A model generated the notes under the pieces. It saw nothing but the letters and a program-made list of their open reading frames with translations. It had not been told where the DNA came from and did not search any database. A DNA stretch of 60,961 bases, counting the filler, from Globobulimina sp. (lineage: Eukaryota): NCBI GenBank assembly GCA_003354225.1. It is 14 parts of 14 records of this genome, joined end to end, with 100 filler letters (N's around TTAATTAATTAA, not from the genome) between each part and the next. Parts side by side here need not be neighbours in the genome. Positions count along the whole stretch, not along the records: positions 21,835 to 26,096 come from PIVH01001405.1; positions 26,197 to 30,456 come from PIVH01001406.1; positions 30,557 to 34,816 come from PIVH01001407.1; 11 more parts are not named here. One strand, 5' to 3'. The position numbers and the translations under genes were made by a program. Positions 21,835 through 34,007 of this stretch are shown piece by piece; the stretch's first letter is position 1; the number at the start of each line of letters is the position of its first letter.

Positions 21835-24800
21835 ACATTTTTTAAAAATCTTTTCCATTTTGGATAAACATGGATCTTTCCATCCTTTGCCACTCCAATA
21901 TTTTGAATGCTGAACTTCATCCTTTGGATTGTCGGGGAACGGGCTATATTTTTGGCTCTCATGTCGGATGCCATGTGATATCTCACATGTATATTCTTTT
22001 TTTTCTTCTTTTTTTGGGAAATAATCTGCATTTTCTATACTATTTTGACACAATTTTAAATGAACATGCCCTCTCCCTAATCTTTCACAAAATTTATTAC
22101 ACATTTCAGCGACACCAATATCACCGATTTTATATCTCCGACCTTTTCTTGTATCCACAATCTCCTCCGTTGCATAAAATATTGTATTTCTCATATTTCC
22201 GTGAACGCAATGATGCAATCGAGTCCTCTGCAATGCGCCATGGCCAAATGCTAACTGACAAAAATATCCACAGGAATCACATGTTTCAGTGCATGAATGA
22301 ATATGATCCTCAGAGTTACCCGAATAACATCGATGTTCATTCCCATCATGCTTAAATTGTCCCACTGGTATTTTTTTACAACACCTTTTTTTCCCACCAT
22401 TTGCCACTGCATATGAGTCATATTTAATTTTCGATCCGGCCTTGGTGATCAATGTAACGTTTTTCTTTACAATTCTCCGTTGCACCTCCACCTTACAATT
22501 GCCCTCTTCATTGCAATCCTCAGGACATGCTATTTATTAATGTGCTGTCAAATACATGTTTCACAAAGATAGAATCAAATTAAAGACATACGATGCTGTT
22601 TGTCACAAAAATGTCCCTCATCTTCACATTCTTTGGCGTCCATTTTTATTTGATGGCAATGATCAGTGCACTGGCACGGCCTTCCACAATCTGTTACTTG
22701 CTGTAACGAATCATTCCAACATTGCACTTGACATTTATATGGACAGTTATTTTGTATACAGATATGTTGATCATGGTCCTTATTATACGGTACTTTGCAA
22801 GTATTCTTACATATATTTACCCGACACGTGGATACACAAAAATGTGTTTCTGCAGCACATTTACATTTTTCTTTATTATGACCGGATTCCAAATTACCTG
22901 TGTTTATATACAATATATCATGCATATGTATACGTACTATATTACTATATACAATACAACATACATTTCTCCTGGCAACCACCATATTGTCTCAATGAGC
23001 ATAGTGCTTTGCAGGTATGGTTCTCCACTCTGCAGTTATGTTTTCCATCATGGCCACATTTCTCATTACAACGCAATTTTTTATCCAAATCATTTAAACA
23101 ATATTCACATAATTCTTTACAACGATGCTCATTTTGACGACAATCATGCGTATCATCACCATCATCCTCATGGTTTTTATGTAGCAAACACCGATAAAAA
23201 CATTGGTTGCATTTTGCATTGCATATCTTCATTTTATCTCTTATCAAATTCAACCGACTCTGTGCTGCATGAACCAACGCATCGATTTCATCACCACATT
23301 TTGATTCAAATTTTTTTGTGTTATCAATAATATATTTAAACACTGGTAATCTGTCCGCATTAATTTGTAGTTTTGTATACACAGTACATGCATATTCTGG
23401 ATAACTCCATTCAGATTGGAATTTGCTGTTAGTTTACAATCTGAATTGAGTTATATATATACGTTGTATACACAAAACTATTTATTTTGTTGTTTTTTGG
23501 ATTGTATTACTATTTTTGAAAATGTTTTCTTCAAATGACACAAACTCGCATATTCCGTCTTGATGTATTTTGTACCAATTTGTGTAATGAAAATATTTTG
23601 GAATTCCAAGTTTTAGGAAAATGGAATTTGTATTATTTGCAGAAACAAATACGGTGAAATAGCTCACCTTTTCAACAATAGTAATATACTAATCCAAAAA
23701 CAAAAAATATTTGATATAATATTTATAACTTTCTTCGGCAATAAATCAAATCCAAAAATAATTGATATAAATTAGTTACTTCTCTAAAATCTTCGTGATT
23801 TCGTTTTATTTTAATATTAAATTGATCCCATAGGAAATCTAATGATTCAGCTTTGCCTAACAATAAACCCGCATCACGTATGCTGTCCATTAAATTGCTA
23901 AATATTCTTTCAGTTTGTATACGAGTGCCAATTATGGATTGATATCCTTTGGTTTTATCCATTGTTTCTTTCAGTGCTATTTGTATCACCTTGTTACCAT
24001 CTAACAATAATAAATTATGCTCATCATCCACAGGAATGGTAACACCATATTTTGTATTTTTTGGCTGAATGACAGCACCGGATTCCACTGCATTTTTAAT
24101 GTTATTTTTGATTTCTTGTATCCTAATTTTTGCTTGTTCGTCATTCATGGCAGTCCAGTCTCCAACATGTAGCTTTGCCATTATCAATTTCATATAATCG
24201 AGAAATTCTTTACCGCCATTATGAATGATTTTTGTTTGTTTAATTGCCACTGCAATCAAATTGTTCAACTCTCTAAAAAATGATTCTGTTGCTAGCTGTT
24301 ACACCACATATATATATATTAGATATATATATATGTACATCATTGAAAAATAGATAATTAACTGGTGGGAAGGGTATTAATTCAAGTCCGGATTGATACA
24401 TTGTCAATACAAAAAATAAAGATTTACGTTCGCCTTTGTCATTTAACACTAAATCTGATTCTCTAATAACAAAAACAACAGATATAATTTGTGCAAATGA
24501 ATTCGATCCACAAACAAATACTGTGCACTCAACTGTGCTAATCGTTCAATACTACATATTAACAAATGTATGATATGATAAATATATCACAAGAAATGTA
24601 TAAAAAATATATATTAACTGTCGGTTAAATTCCTGTATACTTTCTTTTGCTGCGCCATCAACCACATCCTTTATTGTCAATAAAAGAGTGCCAGTAAAAC
24701 AATTCTGGCTCCCTGAAATTATATATCATTAAACAAAATTAATAAATCTTTCACAAGATAGAAATTGTAACATATGTAAACATACCACTCATTATATCAA

Positions 24801-26096
24801 CTCCTGATTGAAAATCATTGAACATATCCTCTAAAGATCGGTCAAATCGATTATCACATTTAAAGATTGTGCAATTGCTAATGGCAGAGTTAAATGTAGC
24901 TAACAACATGTCTTCTTGGGAAGATCGTTCAAAAGACCCTAATCCTTCAAAATCACACACAATGTATAAAACATCATTGACTATTTTTGCTGATAGCCAT
25001 GCGCCGTCAGTACAGCGAGCGCCAGAAATATCAAATTTTGTACCAAATAAATGATTTAACATATACGATTTGCCAGTTGATTGCTTGCCCATTGATGTTA
25101 CAATTTTTATCTTACCTTCCCACGATTTAATTAATGCGTCATAGGCACCAAATCTTATCTCCTTACACAATTCATACGGGTCACCAAGTTTAATATATTT
25201 TAACTGATCATCAGCGCCGTTATACATTAATTGGAATACATTCCCGCAGCTTCTTGCAATTTGTATGGGTAATTGGACAATTAATTTACTTATAAAGTAA
25301 CTTCCTTTAACTGATCGCATTCGTTTTTCTAATGCTCTCACCACAGACGTTGCATTCAATTCGTTGCTATCAAATACATTACTTTTCCAACATAAATATC
25401 TAAAATCTTTTTTTTCTTTTTCGTAAATGGATTTGCAGATTTTGTGACCAATTTGATTGCATAACTCATCGACATTCTTGCAATCATCTTTTATAATATA
25501 GGTTGTATGCAATAATAACAGATCATTTGTTGGATGGTGTATTGCCGCTCTACTCCCAAACTTTTCAATCATATATTCTAAATAATCCAATTTGGTGGTT
25601 TTTCTTTCAAATTGTTGATGCTGTTGGTGTGTTATCACCATTTTTGCTTCAGATGCTTGGAAGTGCAATGGATGATATATTAGCTCCATTTCGCCGGTAA
25701 TGCCACATAATAAAATCTCGTTATTTTGTGTTTGTTGTATTTTCAAATCACTAATTTTAATGTTATTTAGTGAGAATATTTGAGGCAACAATATATGATC
25801 CACAACAGGCAAAACATCTTCATTTTCATCATTCATAACTGGTTCATTTCCAACCTCATGTCCTGTTAATGATGAACTGTGAATAATATATCGTAATTTC
25901 TTTCCATCATTCAACAAAAAAGCATGCATTTCTATTCTCCCTGTTTCTTGACATATTTTATGAACACTCTCTGGGTCATTATCTCCGGTTGGTGTTGTAA
26001 TTGTAGATTGTGATTGTTCCTCTTCGTTTGGTTCTTTTTGTTCCTCATTCGGTTCTTTTTGTTCCTCATTCGGTTCCTTTGTATCGCTTTGTTTTG
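21835..26096 (-). CDS. VLIG/GBP-like large GTPase with Cys/His-rich repeats, multi-exon internal fragment
   Basis: P-loop GKQSTGKS, then RCTDGAW and DFEGLGSFERS..ED. Downstream exons carry many C-x3-C..C...H...H.C motifs. Exon boundaries were not fully resolved. Confidence 0.7.
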
Positions 26097-26196
26097 NNNN
26101 NNNNNNNNNNNNNNNNNNNNNNNNNNNNNNNNNNNNNNNNTTAATTAATTAANNNNNNNNNNNNNNNNNNNNNNNNNNNNNNNNNNNNNNNNNNNN

Positions 26197-28100
26197 AATA
26201 TAAATTAAATAAATTAACCGCCCCGGAATATTATCATAGCACATTGATTTGGAATGCCAGTGATGATGGCTCCATTATTATAATCGGCTCCTTTCACGGT
26301 GCCCTCCGTTTAGTTACGCCGTTAAGCAGCTGGTGGTCCGGTGGAGTTGAAAGCACCATCACCATGCGTGATGGAACCTGGTCTACCCCATCTCTTTCTC
26401 CAAATTCTAAAGAAAGACGACCCTGGATGCAGCTACAGCAGATCGGACCACTAATACATTCTCACGACATATGGTATAAATCCAAATTTTTTAATTCATT
26501 TTTTGTACTGTTACCGGGGAAAAAAGAAAGTGAATATACACTTATGGATGATTTAATTGAAGAGGGCTATCAAAAGCGTAAAATTGACATCATCAACTGC
26601 AAAAATAAAATACTTCGCGAAGTCAAACACAAACATCCATATCCTAACCGCAATATTAACCAAATCACCAATCAACAACAATATCCCAGCAGCAATGACC
26701 TATCCATATCTGTGCCGACACCACCAAAAATATCCCTCATAACAGTTTCAGATCCGAATGATAACAATATCAATCAATCAACTATCTCTAAGTCCACGCC
26801 ACCAACAATATCCCCACAAAAAGCTTCACATACGAATGATAAGAATGAATCTATGTATGGTGACTCTGATCGAATTTATATTCCCACCGGTGTTCATGTT
26901 GATTTCGAACAAGGTCCGATAAATTCTTTAAAAAAAATATCGAATAACTTGTATATATTCGCATGTTTTTTCCATTTTTGGCAGGCAAACATACGTAAAT
27001 TGGGCAAATTAGGACTTAAAATTCCTTATGTAAAATACGACTCACCTTTCAGAGTCGAAATTACATTACTAATTTTAACTGCATTTCTTCCGGAGTATCA
27101 AATAATACCCCAACTGGAGTATTGTATCCGGCGAGTTTTACAATCAGCTCCATCCGGACATAAATTAGCTGTTCGCTCATATATCAAATACTTCCGAAAG
27201 GAATGGATAAAGACCTTTCCACCCGAAGTATGGTGTATGTATCTACGTTGGAATCGAACTTCTGATTTATTAGAACGTGATAATCGCGAAATTAAAAAAA
27301 ATGTTGGCAAACTTTCCTATTTCTACGATTTTTTACAGTATTTTGTCGAGGTTGACGCTGATGAAACTGTCGAATATGAAAGACTACTTAAACATGGTGA
27401 TTTATGTTTTATTCGGAAAAAACCGCAAGCGAGAGAACGTGAGAATGAGTTATTTCATTGTATGCTCACCTATGAAAAGTCTGGATTTGCTGACCCTACC
27501 GAATATCTTTTAACAATATCATCAATCTATGCCAAACGACTTAGAGATCAGACTGCCATACTCACAATTCTCGATGAATATAAATCAAGTCCACCTGCAC
27601 CTGTCATAAATCGCACAATCGTAGACGGTGTAATTTATATTCCCGACGCATTGCCATTACAATTGTTGCAAACTGAAGTTTGCCAAAAGGAAGTTTGCCA
27701 AGCTGTCCGCACGTACCTCTTTGGCACCAGAGAGTGGAATGACATTAACCCTTCAAAAAAAAAAAAACTTCCTAAAGACCCAAATTGCATTTACAAAGGT
27801 CCTCTATCCGGCCTTTTGTATGCAGTTGTTGGTATATTATTTAAGAACACCATGGTTTATTCATTTATTGGATTCCTCGAAGGAACGACTGCAGTTATCT
27901 TCACCCACTCTAAAGTTGATCAGTGGCAGATGGTCTATCAGATGGATAAAGCCATTACAGATGGGGATATACAAATATGTACATTTGACAGTTATTCAAA
28001 AAATACCAAATCAAAACCAAAACGCAAAAGAAAGCGACCAAAAGGTTGTAATGATGAGCCTCGACCCACTAAAAAGAAGATCACCAAACAAACCAAATAA
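26197..28100 (+). CDS. Mutator/MULE-like DDE transposase (5' partial)
   Basis: DGTW (first D), LLPGK.E..Y, DFE (second D), CFFHFWQ and RTSDLLE (E), with a basic NLS-like C-terminus. Confidence 0.8.
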
Positions 28101-28299
28101 TTTTTTTTCTGTCGTTGGGTTTATTTAATTTCTTTTTGATTTGAATTTTTTTGCATGTCTTTTTATTTAGATTTGTTTTTTTTCAAATCGTTTAATTTTT
28201 TTGTTTTTTTCTAAGTCTACATCTTTGCAACAGAAAGTAAGCCTAAAGTTCCTGAATGATAGACACCAAAACGTTTTAAAGAGTGTGCAAGGATAGAGT

Positions 28300-28629
28300 T
28301 TATTGGCGCATATTGATAGAGTAATTAGCGCACATTGATTGTAATTTTTCTACTATTTCCCATAAATAACCAGCCATTATTCTTTCGCAATTTGGGCACA
28401 TTTTCATATCCCTTCGTTTTTGTTCCTCGCGAGCCATCTGTACAAAATAAATTCTCCTTTTGGCTGTTCTGGCCCTGCATATTGTCCTTTTCCACTGTCT
28501 TTTTCTTCTTTTCCACCCTCTGTTCGTTTGCTTTTTTCTTTTTTTCCATGGTATCTTAGCTTTCTTCTTCTCTACGTTCTCCTTTTTTCTCTCAACTTTT
28601 ACAGCATTGCGGGTCGACAATGGAGGCAT
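28300..28629 (-). CDS. Possible Lys/Arg-rich small protein
   Basis: ATG ORF with a CPNC motif; low complexity. Confidence 0.25.
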   Translation of the reverse strand: MPPLSTRNAVKVERKKENVEKKKAKIPWKKRKKQTNRGWKRRKRQWKRTICRARTAKRRIYFVQMAREEQKRRDMKMCPNCERIMAGYLWEIVEKLQSMCANYSINMRQ

Positions 28630-28735
28630 ATTGTCCTTTTACTGCCTATTTTTTCGTATCACGAAAGGATGATGGTTTTCAGTTGAAGGTATCTTTTAAT
28701 TTCTGAGTGACTGCAAAACTTTTAATGAATACACG

Positions 28736-28786
28736 CACAAGAAAGCCACTTTCTTCTAATACACACAAGAAAGCCACTTTCTTCTA
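28736..28786. repeat. 23-bp tandem repeat, each copy containing a 7-bp palindrome
   Basis: CACAAGAAAGCCACTTTCTTCTA at 28736 and 28764 (AAGAAAG-CCA-CTTTCTT). Confidence 0.8.
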
Positions 28787-29101
28787 TCTTCCCAGAAATT
28801 TTCGTCGTCCCTTCTCATTCCTTGATTTTTCAATCTCGCGAATCAATCCTTGTGTCGCCACGTACTCCTCCCCACAATAAAACACGCAACCTTTATTTTT
28901 ACAGCTTTTTTTTATTATTTCTCTGTTCACCAAATCCTCCACCCACTTCATGTCGTCTCGCATTCCATATTCATTCCATAGCAATTTTTTCAGTTCATCA
29001 ATTGCTTCTTTTTTCAAGTGCAATGCATATTTACCCATTATTGTCTGTGCATAACTTTTAATTCTGCTTTCTTGCCGGTTTCTTTGCTCTTTCGACAACA
29101 T
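28784..29101 (-). CDS. Hypothetical protein
   Basis: 105-aa ATG ORF with protein-like composition. Confidence 0.4.
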   Translation of the reverse strand: MLSKEQRNRQESRIKSYAQTIMGKYALHLKKEAIDELKKLLWNEYGMRDDMKWVEDLVNREIIKKSCKNKGCVFYCGEEYVATQGLIREIEKSRNEKGRRKFLGR

Positions 29102-29263
29102 GATGTTGAAGTTTTTTGGACAAAGTTTTTACATTTTCTTAAAAGTTTTTTATCTTTTTTACCAACAATCCTCACAATTCTAGCCTTAGCAACAATCCGT
29201 ATTAGCATTTACCAACAATCCGTATTAGCATTTGCATTAGCATTAACATTAGCATCAGCATTA

Positions 29264-30456
29264 ATGGCCTGCAACCTCCGCCGCCTGCAACAGCTTACCC
29301 CCAATTCGATTCAAACAGCAGAATATCGCAGTGCATTCGATCTAGATTGCACACCTTCATCATCCGCTCAATTTCCTGACAAAATATATCTCGTACAATT
29401 CAAAGGTAAGATGTTGATGAATTATGCACCATGCATCATTAAAGAAACTGGAAAAGACGGAAAGTTTACAGAAACAATACACGAAATATGGGAGACTGAA
29501 GATAATATGGCAAATTCGATATTAAAAAGTCAGCTTCCGGATCCTCAAGAATATAGTCAAGATCCCCGATCACAAGAACTCGAACATGCACAAAATCAAC
29601 ATCAAGTGGACTTAGACGATGGTTTGTTAGAAGACAATACATCACAACAGCAGAATTCACAAAGTGCAGCGGAACATCATCAAGCAGTTTTGATCCAACA
29701 AGATCTCGTCCGAGCGGTGGACGTCAATAATATACAGTATGATGATGGCCACATGTTATTGGAAGCACAAAATCAACATCAAGTGGACTTAGACGAGAGT
29801 TTAGAAGACAATAAATCAACCGAAGAGAATGAATATCGAGAAGAATATTTCCCAAGTTCACCGACCATTATGTGTCCCAAACAACTCGAATTACATTTTT
29901 ACCGAGGATATAAATTACAACCAGTCAGGCGAACCTGGATAATCACTCTTGTCCGTGAAAGTCGTACAGACCCTTTTGTAGAGTGTGCTCGAAATTGTCT
30001 TTTAAATGGATGGATTCGCTACATTGCCGATGTCGATTCCTCCGGATGCAAGAGCAAATATTACATTTTTTCGGGTACAAATCCTATAACTAAGGTTGTT
30101 TTTTACTATCCTCTCATGGTAGAAACAAATTCAAAGCGAGACGATATGAATGCGGTTAAGTATATTTTTCCTTTGTTAACAAATTTCACTTCTTTTTTTC
30201 ACAGCGTTTCCATGCGTTACAAGCCGGATTTAATGACATTGGTGGATGGCTTAGTTTTACTGATGTTGATGTTTGGCGTCGGGAATGGTATAAACAGTAT
30301 CTTGGTCCTAGTCTCGAAAGACCGAAATGTGCAACATTACAAATCACCGAAAAATTCGGAAGCGTTTATTCAGCTGTCCAAGATGACTTTCTTTATATCG
30401 ACTGTATTGGCACCCTTTGGAGCCCGAAAAATAGGGTACATTACACCACAATTACT
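29264..30456 (+). CDS. Hypothetical protein, runs off the contig edge
   Basis: Long intronless ORF, likely starting at MACNLRR, with an internal duplication (AQNQHQVDLD twice). Confidence 0.55.
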
Positions 30457-30556
30457 NNNNNNNNNNNNNNNNNNNNNNNNNNNNNNNNNNNNNNNNNNNN
30501 TTAATTAATTAANNNNNNNNNNNNNNNNNNNNNNNNNNNNNNNNNNNNNNNNNNNN

Positions 30557-32088
30557 AATGCTTGAGATTCCTCTCGTTCATCATCCCTCACTTCATTTCT
30601 TTCATCATCTGGAATCTCTCTATGTTTTGTTTGATAATATTCCTTTGATCGTTTTAAAAACCTTTCTAAAATAATATCGCTGACAACAGTTGCAAGTCCC
30701 ATATATGCTAAACCCGCGCCTGTCATATATTCATTTTCAACAACAATCATCGACATCATATCAATGCCACCGCAATATGTCGGGCTTCGTAACGGATTTT
30801 ATATAAAAAACAGGCAACACTTTCATTCGGTGTACTGTATATAGCTATTTTCCTAATGAATATATTGAGGATAATTCATTGCCAAAAAGTGTGTTCATAT
30901 ATTTATTGATACAGCTTCACCGAAAATGTTACTTATTCCATAGACAAAGTCCCGGCAATGCGGTGCAAAGATATCGCACATAGCTGATACATACCAAATG
31001 TTACGGATAATGCAACCAATTCAAATGCGCTGCCAACTCCTTCAATGATAAATATAATCCGTATTCCATGCAACTTCTCCAATAATCTTTTCTTTTTTGT
31101 AACATCATAACTCACCGTTCTGTAATTAAAGCCAGACGTAATTGTGTTTGCGTGTCCATCTATTCTCTGCATTGCAAATTTCGGTTTGCAATGTTTAGTT
31201 TTATCAAAATCGCAATACCAACGCGATGAAACCAGAATGATTGCACCATCTCTTGCTATGTCTGAGGCCTTCTTCACAGTTCCATCCGTTGCCTCTGATA
31301 AAATATCATCAATTTTGAACAAATTATAGCCAAAAACAGGGTGGCGATCACCGTTCAAATCTTCTGTATTCGACAAGGATATATTCCAACGATCAAATAC
31401 AACATTTATCACTACAAATACTGTAAAGGCACCAACATTGTTTATGATATCCAACTTTGTATCATCTGCATATATATTGAGTAGATATAATGCTTTGCAG
31501 TGTGCAAAGAATATAAATTTAAATACCTTCGACAGGACACCATGTGTATAGTTGGCAGTGGTTATTTGATCCACATTGTCCAGTATATATTCCTTGGGAA
31601 TTCCACGAATAAAATTCCTCTTTGCAATCCGTTGCATCATCCGCTGTACATTCAGGCGTTTCATTGGGATTTCCGTCGCAAAAACCCTGTGTTTGATTTG
31701 GCGTTGTCGTGATCGCCGTTGTGAGAAAAAAAGCATTCTGTTCCATGGATGGACGAACTAAATCCATTGCATCGAATGGCATTAAACTAGCTATATCAGT
31801 GAAGTCTGTATCATTTCCGACTGATGCTGAGCCTTTTAATTTAATTCCTGTGGTACCTGCAACTTCATCATGTATCTGATATCCTTTTTTTTTTGAGCAT
31901 ATTATATAATGTTAACTAGAAATTGAGAATGTAAATAGACCTTTTTCAGCAACAATTGTAAACCCGATCACATATGCTAATACTAATAGCAATAATGAAT
32001 AATAAATACACGCTAATTTTTTATTTTTTACTTGGATAAATCGTATTGATTTATACTGACACACAGCATTCAGGAGTTTCTGGCACAT
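30557..32088 (-). CDS. P2X receptor (ATP-gated ion channel), 4 exons, runs off the contig edge
   Basis: YKSIR, TM1, KGYQ, IKLKG, WCPVE, W.CDFD, GFNYR, RLLEKLHGIRI, TM2 G.G.....VSD and YYQTK. GT-AG introns at 31940-31884, 31526-31466 and 30994-30720 all restore the frame. Confidence 0.92.
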
Positions 32089-32160
32089 GGTCAAATCAAA
32101 TCGGATTTTGTGCCACTACTCACACTAAGATTATTACGAAAACCCTGATTCTAGTAAATA

Positions 32161-32928
32161 ATGAGATCTTTACTATCTCGCGTTTACAGCAACCATGAGG
32201 AGCATATACTGAATGTTGTTGCGCAATTAATGAATTTGCTCGCATTTGTGTCATGTTGTAGTCTTATATTTTTATATTTGAAATTTAAATCCATCCGATC
32301 ATTGGCTACAACAGTGTTGTTTTGGATATCTATTGCTGGTTTGATTCAAAGTTTGGCAGTGTTTTTATCAATCAACGGCACATTGCATGAAGGTATTTTA
32401 TGTCGAATGCAGGCATTTGTTTTACAACTTTCCTCCATCGCATCATTGTTATATTCAACATTAATAACAATCATTATATACAAAGTATTACTAAATGCAA
32501 ATAACTCATCATTTGTGTTATTTGATAATGTAAATAATTGGTGGTTGAAGACGCAAATTGTTGTATGGTCATTGTCTATGTTATCTGCATTCATTCCATT
32601 ATTTTTCCCAAACGCATATGGGCCCTCAGGTGGTATTTGTTGGATTATTCAAAAAGATGCCCTCCATCAATGGCTACGTTATTTGTTATTTTATATTCCG
32701 TGGTTTTTATGTGTTATATTAATGATTATTTTATCATATAAAGTGACCAAATATGCATTGTATGACCAAGATTTTAATGCTAATACCAATAATAATATAG
32801 ATCGCGTATTAAAGACAATGTGGTATTATCCATTACTTATATTACTTATTTATTTCTTTTATGCGGTAAGAAGGACCAATGAATTAATAACAGGGGATCG
32901 GATGGATTTGGCTGACTGTTGCTTGTGA
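32161..32928 (+). CDS. cAMP-receptor/GCR1-like GPCR, apparently truncated before TM7
   Basis: Six TM helices with LCRMQAF, YGPSGGICWI, FYIPW and YPL. The sequence turns non-coding-like after about 32893. Confidence 0.75.
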   Translation: MRSLLSRVYSNHEEHILNVVAQLMNLLAFVSCCSLIFLYLKFKSIRSLATTVLFWISIAGLIQSLAVFLSINGTLHEGILCRMQAFVLQLSSIASLLYSTLITIIIYKVLLNANNSSFVLFDNVNNWWLKTQIVVWSLSMLSAFIPLFFPNAYGPSGGICWIIQKDALHQWLRYLLFYIPWFLCVILMIILSYKVTKYALYDQDFNANTNNNIDRVLKTMWYYPLLILLIYFFYAVRRTNELITGDRMDLADCCL

Positions 32929-32982
32929 CTGTCGCGTAGACATTGTCTGACTGACTTTTGCTTGTGATTTTGCGGTTTTTTC

Positions 32983-33010
32983 GAGCGAGCGAGCGAGCGA
33001 AGCGAGCGAG
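32983..33010. repeat. (GAGC)n array with a GCGAAGC hairpin core
   Basis: GAGCGAGCGAGCGAGCGAAGCGAGCGAG. Confidence 0.75.
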
Positions 33011-34007
33011 TCCGAACATAATAGGGGAGGATCGCTGCCACAAAAACATGTCTTTTTATCAACAGGTTCCGTGAAAAGTTCAAACAGTTTCTGGTTGGTT
33101 GTAATTTGATTGTTTTGTTGTTTTCCATTTTTACAAAAGGATTTATTTAAATAAAAAACTTCCACTTCTCTATCTCTATCTCTTCTTTACTTGTACTTTG
33201 CTTAGTCACTAAATACATTTTGAAATTTGAAAAATTAAATTATAATTAAAAATATTAAATTGGAATTGATTAAAAAAATGGATAAAAAAATGGATCAAAA
33301 AATGAATAAAACGTTATCGGCATACTGGTCGCAACTAGATAAGAAGTTTGGGTCATGCCTTTTTCTTTTCTTTACAACTCAGTGCCTGACCGGTTTAGTA
33401 ATTCGGCTGAGGCTTCCTCTTTAACGTTTATTTCATTTTATTTATTAAAACATATTATTTTGTTTATTTATTTGGTTGTACATATTATGAATGTCAATTA
33501 TAAAACATTTTATCCATATTTTTAATGGTTTGTTTATGAATTCGATTATCTGGCTTTTCGTTGTTGTATATATTTTGTGTACATATTATGAATATATCAA
33601 ATTGGTTTTGTTTGTCACGGTTACAAGCTATATTTAGCAATGTTACGTTTTCTGTTATATTCTTTTTCTTTTTCTTTTCTCTGTTGTTCTTTATTTTCAT
33701 TCATTTAAAAACTTTTACACTCCAAAATGTCACAGTCACTGCATGTCAACTCAAATTCTATCCAAAGTACGGTTTGTTTTGTATGAGTTTAATTTGGTCA
33801 TTGAGTTTAAACGGTATTTACATTTTATACACATGAGACATTGTCGGCGGAATCAAAGCAACACACAAACGCACCCAAACTGCCACAATTAAAACAACAA
33901 AAAATCGAAACACAATTATATCTCCGCAGTTATAATATTAATAATAACGATAGGAACCAGTTAGAAATAAGAAAAATGATGAAAATAAAATATGTTTGTA
34001 AATATTT

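Noticed and set aside
21870..23330. His-rich plus-strand ORFs
   Set aside because: Antisense to the Cys-rich exons of the large GTPase.
28736..28786. CRISPR-like palindromic repeat
   Set aside because: Two copies separated by only 5 nt.
29018..29263. Hydrophobic N-terminal extension of the 496-aa ORF
   Set aside because: It arises from read-through of non-coding-looking CATTAG repeats and overlaps an opposite-strand ORF. The ATG at 29264 is the more plausible start.
31519..31782. Programmed frameshift between overlapping P2X ORFs
   Set aside because: Explained by a canonical GT-AG intron at 31526-31466. Similar overlaps in Deltex, tubulin, VPS13 and TAF7 are also introns.
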